Assembly: GCA_012295275.1 (NCBI GenBank)
Contig: CM022672.1
Location: forward strand, 558,001-622,000
Origin: Chrysomallon squamiferum
Lineage: Eukaryota > Animalia > Mollusca
Length of the DNA stretch: 64,000 nucleotides
Direction of reading: 5' to 3'
Position 1 is the stretch's first letter, and each line of letters begins with the position of its first letter. The notes under the pieces were generated by a model, which did not search any database, had not been told where the DNA came from, and saw only the letters and a list, made by a program, of their open reading frames with translations. Shown piece after piece: positions 51,913 through 64,000 of this stretch. A program made the position numbers and the translations under genes.

Positions 51913-54900
51913 CTGTTTGTCATCAGTATAACAAAGTCGTTAATTAGCTTCACGTTAAGCTACCAACAAAAGCTGACCTGCTGTCTGTGCATGCGCATAA
52001 AATGAGAGTATCAAATTAACCGCCATGTTTAATGTCTGCACCGTTCGACAATGGGATCAAAAACAGCAAATACTTTATTAATGGCGGCACTGATTGGATT
52101 TTATTCTGATTACTCCCCACAATCTTTGAGAGAGAAATACTAACAATACGAGTATTTCTTGTAGCCATGACAGGCAGGATTCAGGCATCGTTTGGAGTAG
52201 GTTACAAGTCGGAGGGTCAAAATTCAGATACAACACAGCGTTGTTATCGTGTAAATGCGGAACTCTGAGTCTACGGCTTCTCCTAGCTTTAGGCCTCGCC
52301 ACGTCTGAACCCTGCCTGTGAGACACACATGCATACAACATGCATGCACGTATGAACGTATTTCTGTATACATCAAAGATAAATATAGATCACATTTATT
52401 TCACGTCTGTACAACTTAGTACGTAAACAACAATATTAATATAAACACTTGTGAAGTTCCAGTAGGTGTGTATTGATTTTGTTGTTTACAGTAAACTTGT
52501 TGTAACGTCGGGGAATTGAAGCGTCTCAGAAAGCTCATAAAAACAAAACTCTCCAATCAGCAGCAGAGAACTTAGCGCCCACCGCAGCTTGTTAGTTTAC
52601 TGTAATCGCTCGACGACAGTTACTAATGACATCCTTATCTGATGACAGCCAGTTCAACTGGTTACTCTGTAACCCTGTAACTCATCACACTGTGACTGTA
52701 CTTGTAACTACTACAGAGTCATTATTTTATTGTATCTAACGAATGTCAAATTTTTATTAATCATGCATCAGCAGCTTAGATATTATGTAAACTTTCTGTA
52801 TACAGCACAGCACAGCACACATCTCTGTGTTTTGTGAACGAAATGTAACCGTCTCATTTCTTGTAAGTTTTAAACAATCAGTAATCTGTAAAATGTTTAT
52901 ATTTATAAAATAAGACGTTTGCATGTAAAAGAAGTAATTTCTTTCATCTGAAAATGTTTGTAATTGTCTGAACAAATAACATGAAATGATAATATCAAGT
53001 TACAATTAAAATAATCTTTTCTGTGAGAACTGTTTACACTTACACACATTTAGTATATATATTCTTATACAAGTGAACACAAAAAAAGAGGCGCAGACAC
53101 AGACAAATACAAACATACACAAACACACCTACAGAGATAATCAGACGACAACAAAAGACAAACAATAAACACGTAACTTACATTCAGTTTTGTGCGCAGT
53201 GAACAATGATGATTTTATAAGAAGTATAAATATTTACATATACTGCAGTACAATACATCACAGAACTGTAATTTGAAAATAAAGCAAACACACTGGCAAC
53301 ATTTAGATTATATCAGTATTAGTTGCCGTAGTAATTCATCAGCTATAACGATGTATTGAGTGTTTTATCAGAAATCTGACAAATGTAAAGTCATTACTAA
53401 ACATTCCTTTGTTTTGTGAGATCCAAACGACGCTGAGCTGGCTTCGGTGATATGACAAACACAAGGATCGTTATTAACGAGTTATTTCTGGCCGAAGAAT
53501 AGCCGCATTAAAAGTAAAAATAATATTTCTAAACAGACGAGCAGCTTCTCAATGCTCCCTAACGTCCAGTCGTCATCTGCATGAAAGTCAGTATTGTCTG
53601 ATTGTTAATATTTGAACGTAACATACTCTTTTCATTTCACTGCATAGTGCCAAATCCTCACCCCAGTAATGTCTTTCTACCTCCGACTTCTTTACACATT
53701 GCGAAATTCTCAAATACCAAAAAAAAAAAAACATTTAAAAAAAATAATAATATAATGCTAATATGCTGCTGCTATTACTACTACTACTAGTCATCAACTG
53801 TAACAGAAGTAGTAGTAGTGGTGGTATAGGTAGACGTCAAACTAGTTTAATACACGTGATTCTTGTGGACTGGTTTTTTATGTGTGTTTGGTATCAGACT
53901 GTTATCTAACTGAAGCTTCGCCCAGAAATACCACACATTGTCATTTCCACAGAGACGTCTGGGCGAACGCATCCCCGCAATTTGGAGATTAATGTAACTT
54001 TTGTGACAATTCACCATTCAAATCCAATTACCGGAAATGAAATCCTCGATCTCCTGCAGATCTTCTACTTCCGGTGTTATGAGAAAATCAGAAGTCACAA
54101 ACATGCGACGTTCAGTTACCAATCCGGAGCAACGTTAACGAGACGTACGTCGGCCACAACGGCGTTCACGCGACGCCTACTACTAAGTCATCTGGATTTC
54201 AGTAAATCAGTTCAGAAATGGAAAAAAAAAAAAAAAAAAAAAAAAAAAACCGTTGCTTCAAAAGGTAAAGGCAAAAAAATTTTGTTTCTTACAGAATTTA
54301 TTTAAAACTTTTGTCTTTTCCATTTAAAAACCCCAAACAATCTTACATTTCAAAATTTTTATTTTAGACATTTACATACAGTTTCATATCTATTTCTATC
54401 TCATCATAAAATTAATCAGTTCATATTTTCTTAACGACATTTCAGTACCGTTTACTACACCCGGATGAAAACATGTGTGTAAATATGGTGGCTATTCATA
54501 CTATTATTGATTAGAATGACTAAGTAGTTATTACCTAACTCCACTCTTCCAGGCTTCTTTCCTGTTCATCGTATCCTCAGTTTCCAGTATCTTTGTTTTA
54601 GAATTTCATATTTACTTATCTTCTTATTTTATTTATGTCGTTAATTCTTTGGTCATTTTCTGTTTGGTGTATCGCACTAACATGGATATTTTTAACACAC
54701 TGTTGATTATATAATTAATACTGTTGTCATTTATCAGTTCTATACTTTCTGTTTATAAACTGTTTGTTACGTGTTAGCTAATCTGAGTATTCGAGATCGC
54801 TTCTCGATACCGACTTTTACTCAAAGCTATCGTAATGTCCTGTACTCGACATATGCACATCAGGAATATAAGCGTTTATCATCAAATTATTATAAAATTT

Positions 54901-56217
54901 ATTTAAACAGCAAATTATTAAAAGGTAAGTGTGTAAACACATAAAAATTTGTTAAAAACAGTCAACACACAAAACTGTACAAGTCTGTTTTCTTATAACT
55001 AACAAACTCAGTCACTATTTACTAGAGATAAATCACCCTGGAATGGGTGACAGTAAGAATTAACTTCACAGACCACTTTACCAAACAGATATCGACCATC
55101 GATAATCGTATTCACGCGATATGTAGTTTCATTCTCCGTACATCAGCACAGAAACAAAAGTAATAACTGGAAAGTGAAATACTGCTTAGAGCTAACAAAA
55201 ACAAAACTATGTGTGTATATAATAGTGGAATAAAATTAATATTCTATATATATATATATAACATTTTTATATATGTTTATTTTTATTATTTATTTATTTA
55301 TAATTTTACTTATAATATAATACCAACTATATTTTGCATATTTCTAAATAATTGTCTTTTTGTCTTAATGATGCATTACTTTGTCAGTATCAGATAACAG
55401 TCTAATAATGTATCTTATTTATATCCTGTGTTTTATCTGTTATTTTACTTGTCAATATCATACAGTAAAAAATGCTTATATATACAGTGGACACTCATAA
55501 ATAAACACAACAAATACAACATTCATTTGGAAGTAATATAAACTGTTTAATATAATCGATTAATCGCTTCTGGGATTTTTTCTTCGGCAGTTAGTTCTGT
55601 AGATTGTCCACAAGTTACTGATAAGGAACAATTTATCTGTTAAGCGACAACTACGCCGGAGTCACAGTGAAACAACGTGACTGACGTGACGCTGTTACCT
55701 AAACAAAGTGTCACGTACAAACAGGAACTGAAGACGTTTTCCTGAGTACCACAATAAAATTAAAAGCAATTACAATCTTACCAAAAGCAGAACTGGTTAG
55801 GAATGTGTTGCTGTTGGCAACTTATTTAATAACGTCCACATTCAGTACCCCATTGACATTTTAATGACACATGCGGCGATGCTGTGTCACGTGACCATGC
55901 CCACGGAAAAAACCCGGACGTATTGACTGTTAATCAGAAAAGCATGTCGATGTGTTTATTGAAAAATAACGAACCAGTGTAATTCGATTGAGGGCAACTG
56001 CTCGACCATTGGAAGAACAAGAAATTACCACACTTCATTTTACAGCAGGCTATGAGAAATCTGTGTTGTTAAATAAATACCACGTCTTTTAAAACAGTGG
56101 GAAGACTTGGTAAAAGTTAGTACAGGAATACTCAGTGTGGAGGCTTGTTTAAATGTAATTATGTTGTCTGGATTCGCATCGCAAGTATTTCATAGACTAG
56201 AAAATTGTATTTTATTT

Positions 56218-56329
<112 letters not shown>

Positions 56330-56599
56330 CATTCTCACTGTTATTGTCTTTTGTTTCTGTTTTTGTATTACTCCAATCTGAAATATAAATTGTTTAATTT
56401 TCTCTCGGTTTCTGTCTCTCCCACTGTGTAACTGTCTGACCCTTTCTCTCTGTTTATCTCTTGTGATGTTGTTGTGTAATATTTCTTACTAAAGAATAAT
56501 TTCCATGTTTCAGTTGTCTCATCCTGATAATGTTTTAGAAATAGATTTTTTTTTTAAGGTACGGATGTGTATTGTAATATATAAAATTATAATTATGAA

Positions 56600-56765
56600 C
56601 GATACAAATAATGAAAGAGGAAAGCCACTTCCGCCACCTGATCGACCATTTTTTTTTTTTTTTCAGATTAGCAAAGAAATATTTTTTATACATACCTTCC
56701 CACACACAGCATAACACAAACTACGTCAGCTAATAGCCAGTAGGTTGTTTATATCGTCACACTGA
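56600..56765. mobile_element. Degenerate copy of a mollusc SINE-like repeat (Nin-domain-like)
   Basis: GAAAGAGGAAAGCCACTTCCGCCAC...CAGATTAGCAAAGAAATATTTTTTATACATACCTTCCCACACACAGCATAACACA resembles a recalled gastropod SINE body (not searched). Confidence 0.45.
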
Positions 56766-59350
56766 AAGGCGGGGAAATAAAATTTAGTGGTAAAAAATAA
56801 TCAATATGAAAAACAGTTAAAAATCAAATCAGTTATTGACAATTAGCGAAATTTAGATATTTTCATTCATTTATTTATTCACTCATTTGACTATTTATTT
56901 ATCTATTCATTTACATGCTTTTAATTGTTTCATATTTCCACATCCTAATATTAACTTTTAAAAATCAGTAATTTAATAACAAGTTTTTTTTTCAAAGTAA
57001 AGAAGTCAATTTACAGAATCTATCAATAGTTGTGAGAGGTTTTAAGAAGCTAGTTACGTATACACTAAGAAGATCAGATAATTAAAATATACATTAAGAG
57101 GTTTACGTCGGTCGTATACGTTAATATAGTGCAATAAAATCCACGATACTTTTTTTTCTTGCTAACAGAATTTTGTAACAAGCTTAATGTAATCCCTTAA
57201 CTTGTTTATTTTGTCACTGTATTAGACTCTGTAATAAGAAATAAAAATACAATAAATGATTAGATAAGAGACTTTTCTCTCAGGTGTTTCTCAAACTTTG
57301 CGGCAGTTCCAGTATTACCACAGAGGAGGGTTTGACGTGAAACAGAGTGGAAACATTGATTAAGGCAGCCGTGTTTTGTATGCAGAAATCCAAGAAAACC
57401 AACAACGTATATTATACTTCTGTATCTCATACATAACCATGTATTATAATTTTATTTCATACAAATGAATACGAATTAATTAATGAAATGTGATGATATT
57501 TTGTGGATATGAAGAGAGGCAGTCTCCAGGCGCCGCCACGATGAACCAAGTCAAAGTGTATCGATTATTTATCTGAGGAATCTTCAGCAGAAAGCGCTCA
57601 GTGTGTGATTACTATTCGTTCACTTTTTACTTTTCTACTTTAGTAAAGTCAGTGTAATAAAGCGTCCTCTGATTCTCATTTAATGTTTTCTCAGCTGATG
57701 CATTGTATGATATTACTGCTGTCTTCGTCTGATAATAAGAGAAGAATTTAATAGACATAGACACACTCACATACGCATACATACCCACATATATTCACTC
57801 ACAAAAACACATGCACACATATACATACATATATACACATACATTCACAAAGAAATATATGCTGCACTTAAAAAAACATAAACAAGACAAATACAAACAT
57901 ACTCATACAGATATATACAGAGACACATACTCAGATATGAACGTATATACAAGTCAAGAAAGACAGAAACGGAAATCAGCACAATAATTCAAAAACTGAA
58001 AAAAATGAAGGAATGAAAGTTTGCAATGAATGATGAGAGAAAACATATAATTCATTTAACACGTTTTCTTTCTTTCATTCGTTGTTTCCATGTGTTGTGT
58101 GTGTGTGTATGTGTGTGTGTCTCTGTGTGTATAATTTATTTTCATACTATTAAATACAAAATACACCTATTTTTGAAGAAAAATTGCAATGATGAATTAA
58201 GTGTTGTTATGTATATTTCCATATTACTGAGCGTCCTGGGTTGTACAGAGTTAGAGTTCCCACGACAAGCGTGCTTCAATCTCCAGTAGATGTACGTGAG
58301 TTACAGGCATCTCTGACTTCCTGTGACAGTCTGGAAATAGAAGTGTTGAATATTTTGAATAATTCATCTCGTTTATTTCTCTGTCCCAGTCTGTCTGTCT
58401 GTCTAACCGACTGGCCGAGTGCTAAAACTGAACACGAATTTGAACGCTTGAATTCACAGAGACAAGTCTTAATTATGAGCTAGTTTTCAAATAATTTGTC
58501 ATAGATGCACGTCTCATTTTCATACCTTTAACACGATGTATACGTATGTATACAGTGAATATGTATACAGGTGGTTCAGTCCTTTCCTCTGTCTGTGTGT
58601 CTCTCTTTTTCTCCGTCATGGATGCGTAAGTGTATTTGTGTTTATGGATTAGTGAATATGTGTTTAGGTATATAATATATGTATGTGTATTCGTGGATAA
58701 TATTTTATATATGTGTGTGTGTGTACCTATGGGTATGAAAAAAAAAATAATTAATAAGTTTATTTCTTTTTTTTTTTTTTTTTTTTTTAAAATATCACTC
58801 GTATTAATAATATGTTTTTTTAAAGATGACACACATTTCAAACAGATGAATTCTTTCCTGTTTCAGACAAGACGAGTGAGCTGGTGGCGAGGCTACGCGT
58901 ACAGCAGGGAGAAGCAGTAAGAACGTAATTAACATGGTGACATACAAATTGAAAATTTTCCACGTGTCGTCACCGCGCACTCTGTCGTGCAACTCAACAC
59001 CCACGCACCGCCGCACGCAGTTACCAAAAACAACCCAGTCAGCCGGAAACAAGGCACTTCCGGTCTGAGATGATGTCATTGGAACGGTATTTTTTTGATT
59101 CTCACAGTGGATTTTAATTATATCGGCTCTTTCACTGGAGTCGTAGTGTTTTCTCTTCATGTTTGTAATTATTGACAGTCACAACTGTCGTGTTCACTGT
59201 CGAAGAAGACGCATTTTGTGAGAGAGAGAGAGAGAAAAAAAATTTCATCTTTCTACCAGAGAAGAGAACTGCAAAGAACTCAAAGTCGTGTTTGGAACGG
59301 GTAATTAGGAGACACATATTACTTTTACTCTATATTTTGCAAGAGGCTGG

Positions 59351-59780
59351 ATGTCAGTTACATATTTATCAATGTCGTCCTTTGATCTGATCGCAGAAGG
59401 ACATCTCACTGCGGAATCAGGACACCTCAATATTTGTTGTCCGGTCGGAATGGTAAGGGTTAACTGTTGCCAAGGAGACAGTTTTTCCGGTGGTGTAAAT
59501 AAAAACGTCTCTTACCAAGTCATCGACGAAGTCACCATGGAACTGCCGCTGTATATTTTTGTTTACGTCGCCATCTTCAACATTCTCGTTTTTGTCGTTG
59601 GCGTCGTGGGAAACGTCCTGGTGATCCTTGCAGTGCTGAAGCTGACGGCGATGAGGACTCGGATGAACTATTTTTTAATGAGCCTGAGTGTGGCGGACCT
59701 GCTCGTACTCACCATCTGCCAACCGTCCGCCATGATGGAGTTTTACGGCAAAGATCGGTGGCTGATAGGAGAAGCAATGT
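59351..59780 (+). CDS. Class A (rhodopsin-like) neuropeptide GPCR, ETH-receptor/GHSR/TRHR-like, coding exon 1 (N-terminus, TM1, TM2)
   Basis: TM1 VFVVGVVGNVLVI, TM2 MNYFLMSLSVADLLVL, ECL1 WLIGEAMC; donor ATG T|GTAAGT. Start is ATG 59351 or 59372. Confidence 0.9.
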
Positions 59781-60009
59781 GTAAGTGTGAATGTCCTAGC
59801 ACGTGTAGAAGTGACTGTGTACACGTCGTGGTGAAAGTCTGTGCTGCGTTACTGCCTGCAGTTCAAAGCAAATTATCTTGTCTTTTCAACTTTATATTTT
59901 CACGCAGACGTATGTCTTGAAGCGCTCTAGACTTTTCAGAATCCAAAACAGATTCCTGCGGCTCATATATGTATCCGTATACTTGCTATTTGTGTATGTG
60001 TGCTCTTCG

Positions 60010-60044
<35 letters not shown>

Positions 60045-62158
60045 GTTTGTGTGTGTGTGTTCGTGTGTGTGTGTGTGTGTGTGTGTGTCTGTGTGGGTGT
60101 TGGTGTGCATGCGTGCGTGAATGTATGCACAAGTAGATATATCATATTTGTGTGTAAACGTTTATGCATAATGCAGGTAGTGGTTAATTATAATTGTATT
60201 TCGTAATCAAATTCAGTGGTGAAATGTGCTTCGAACGATTCTGTCGTCAAACGTCGAACTCCAAATTGGAGAGAAACTACATCCGGAGTCGTGGCGGTGA
60301 CTCTGATAAACTGCGCCACACGCGTAAACGTCGTCCACTGAGTGCCCAGTTCCTCGCTTTGTGACAACGTCTCTTGCCTTACTCTTCTCTCATTCCGATG
60401 CTTTATTATTATTATTATTTTTTTTTTTTTACTTTATTATTTTTCATCAGAATATACATACCCCTCTCTATTAATCTTAACATCAAAGAAAAATGTGGGC
60501 GTAAATGCAAATTTTTGTTTTATCAAAGAGTATTTTTTATATTTTATTTATTTATTTATATATTTATTTACTTTCATGTTTAAATTATTATGTAGGGGAT
60601 TTAATTGTGCTATTTTTCCTGTTTAGGTTTATCGAAATGGGTGTGTTTAAGTTTCTGGAAAACGGTTAATTCACGTCCCATTATTTCTTGTGGGGAAATT
60701 AATTCGGACTTCGAACAATTGGAACGGCCTCCAAAAACTGATTAAATTCTAAGTACTAGGCGCGCTGTGTTGTATTCTGTCGTATTTGTGATTCTTACTG
60801 ATTATTTTCTTGCGCTGTAATTGTAATTATAATTGACTATCGTAACGTCATTATAACTGTCCATGACTTGTATTATAATAAGTATTTACTTCAAACTTAC
60901 TGATTTATTTGCGTGTGTGTGTGTGTATTTATGTATGTATGTATGTATGTATGTATGTATGTATGTATGTATGTATGTATGTATGTATGTATGTATGTAT
61001 GTATGTGTGAGTGAATCTGTATATGAATGTGTGTGTGTGTGGATGTGTGTACAATTATATATGTGTGTGTGTCTGTCTGTCTGTGTGTATATGAATGCAT
61101 ATAAATGTATGTATATATGTTAATATGTATATATGGATGTATATACGTACGTACCTACTTATCTTGGATTATATTTAGTATACTGTATACATTTTGCTAT
61201 ATATTTTATCTTTCAGTGTATGTTAGTGTTCGTGCTAACTGATTTCGACTGCTAAATACACACGTTCGTTAATTTGTATATATTTTTTATTCGCGTAAAA
61301 CGCAATGTGAAGTGAAGAAATGTCACAAACTGAAAAAAACAAAAACATCAGAGTATTCCACACACTCTGAACGAAGAATCAATACAGTATATAAAAAAAA
61401 TGAACAGTTTTTAGAGCAACTCGCTGAATTAGTCTGTTTTGTTTCCGCACTGTTTGGTGCCTTTACAAAGTAGGCAAAGAAATATAAAAGCAAAGAATAA
61501 AAACCTATCTTTTTGTCCATCATCTTTGTCGTTGATTTTTATACTAGCTATAAAAATGTAAAATAATTTTAAAAAAAATGTAAAAGATAACGAGAGTGTA
61601 CTAAAGGTAATAATATTATATTTTAAAGAAAATTGAAAAGTTCACATAATATGAGAATATTATTAATTTTTTTTTGAATATATCAATATACTTTAATATT
61701 AACGGGTTTTTTATGTATCAGTCTGAAGATTTTTTTCTTTTCGTTATTTCTATAATAATGATCTGAGAGAATAAATCGGCTGTACAGATCTCTTTAGCTA
61801 TTTATTTCAATTAGCAACAAAACATTTTGTTTATGTGAATTTTAGAGCTGGCAGTAAAGCAGTATGGTATCTACGAGATCTTCCTTGGGGAAGTGGCCTG
61901 AATGGAATATATAAATATATATTTCATTAAAGAATTTTCATAACCATAGATACACTTTTAAATCTAAATAATTATTAACAGATCTCTGATATTCAGAGGA
62001 TCAGGACTTAGCTAAATATAGAAAGAAGACTTGGAATTAGGTACAGACAACCAGATTTAATTACTTTTAATTATGAAATAAGTGTTCTTACTGTGCTCTG
62101 TCTTGTTTTAGCATGTTGAAATAAATTAAATTGTGTTGTGTATGTTAACTTATTTGTA

Positions 62159-62221
<63 letters not shown>

Positions 62222-63842
62222 TATACCTGTGTACAAATGCAATAATACAAACTCAGTTAGCTAGTTAATTTTGGAATGTGATTATAACTAATAATATGTC
62301 ATGTGTACGTATGTTTGTAGGTGTTTGTGTTTTTATATTATACCAGAATAAGTGTACTGATATTTCATAGTAAACTAATTTCACGTTGTGACTTTGTAAA
62401 ATAATTTAAACACGTCTTAACTTTGTGACAAATTCCTTTTCTCTACATCTGTCACAGATTAATAATCACAGCAGCCGTCCTAATGGCTCCTTCTCGTCTG
62501 AAGAGCGTGCTAACGTCATCGTTGCTAACAGATACTCAGTTAGCACAGATCAGTCCATAACACACAGACTGTGTTAAAATCTCTTCAGACTGAGCGTTGT
62601 TAGCCTTAAGAAGCACGTGTTAAAAGTGTGACTTACTTTTAAGTATAGATTACTAATGTGACGATAATACACGTGATCAATTGAACAATTACTTTCCTTG
62701 CTGCGTGTATTGATCTGTGGGAAGCATTTATCACTCGGTTTAGTGGAAAATAGCACTGGAAATGTTACTTGAAGAATTTATCATGTTTCACAGATATGGG
62801 ACACAGAGTACAAATATGTCAGCAAATATAAGCTGCTCTCTACAGCAGTTTAACACTTGTAGTACTCAGTTTAGTTTCTCTTACTTTTTGTATCCATTAG
62901 CATCGAGGAATCCTTTCAGATGCAGAACAGTACGTACCACAACATTAGATACACAGATCGGTCCATTACTCCGGATGGAACTTGAAACAGACGAATAAGC
63001 CACCAGTGTTCCTCAGTTCTAGAGCAAGAACATATCATTATGGGTTCTTTTCTGTTAGCCCATATTTAAAGTAAAAAAAAATAAAAATAAAAATAAAAAA
63101 AAAAAAAAAAAAAAAAAAGAAAGAAAGAAAGAAAGAAAAGGAAAAAAAGTGGGTTAAGGAAAGATGTACCAAGAATTAATTTTGGTATTTTAAATTCCAG
63201 CTGAGAAATATCAATACTGTCTCGACATTTGAGTCAGAAATATATTTTAATTATCACATCGTGATTTTCATGTTTGACGTCACAGCAGTGAGGCTGAACT
63301 ATTTTAAAATTATTAAAGTTCAGAGAAAGTCGATTATATCTGTACCCAAGTTTTATTCAAAACAGTATACTGTAATAGGTAGAATTTCCCTCAGTTACGT
63401 CAAAGATCTAATTTTACGACAATTCTATAACCGAACTTTTCGACATTGGATGTATTTTGGTTAATCATTTTTGTTACTTTTTTTTTTTCCAAAGTCTTAT
63501 TTATTATACTTTACTAATATAGGCTCAGATAATATCCTCATAAAATTAGACAACCACGAACAGTAATTATAGGATCTTACTGAACGTTCGTAAACCTCTA
63601 GTTATGCTTTTGTTGTTTTGTATTATATCTGTGTGTTTCTGTATGGACGTGATTGTCTGTGTACTTGTATTTTAAATTATATATATGTGTGTTTATGTAT
63701 ATATTTAGATAGATTAGTTGAATTTATTCATATGTGACCCGAATGACTTAATTATTTGTTTCAGTGGTATTTGTCTTTCTTTCTTTACTTACTTACTTAC
63801 TTACATATTTATTTATTTATTTATTTATTTATTTACACACAG

Positions 63843-64000
63843 GTAAAATCGTACCTTTCCTGGAGAACTCTTCCCTGCACTCGTCCATCCTCACTCTGCT
63901 CACAATCGGGTTTGAACGTTACTGTGCGATCTGCGACCCGTTCACTAAGCAGCGTGGTATTCACCTCTGTAAAACACGCACCAACATCATCGCCATCTGG
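63843..64000 (+). CDS. Same GPCR, coding exon 2 (TM3, ERY motif); runs off the window end
   Basis: cacag|GT completes Cys; CKIVPFLENSSLHSSILTLLTIGFERYCAICDPFTKQRGIHLCKTRTNIIAIW. Confidence 0.9.

Noticed and set aside
60178-60845. Tc1/mariner-like MITE in the GPCR intron
   Set aside because: The inverted ends are too degenerate and AT-rich to support a call without a search.

Overview
AT-rich, microsatellite-rich animal genomic DNA, probably a mollusc or other lophotrochozoan (inferred from gene content and repeat style). Three intron-containing genes could be rebuilt by hand. (1) A complete 13-exon drebrin-like/Abp1 gene (ADF-H domain, charged helix, Pro/Glu-rich linker, SH3) on the minus strand, 16478-23882. 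(2) A head-to-head 8-coding-exon RhoBTB gene on the plus strand, 26792-32356. (3) The first two coding exons of a class A neuropeptide GPCR of the ETH-receptor/GHSR type, from 59351 to the window end. The rest is minisatellites (including a 4.9-kb array of 35-bp units), MITE/SINE remnants and probable non-coding first exons. The most striking pattern is that four RhoBTB exon-intron junctions, all reading AG|GT, have been tandemly amplified. This creates arrays of decoy splice sites, six candidate in-frame 15-nt microexons, and one 40-bp unit inside coding exon 6 that gives a premature stop (a real lesion or an assembly artefact). All calls come from manual reading; no searches were run.
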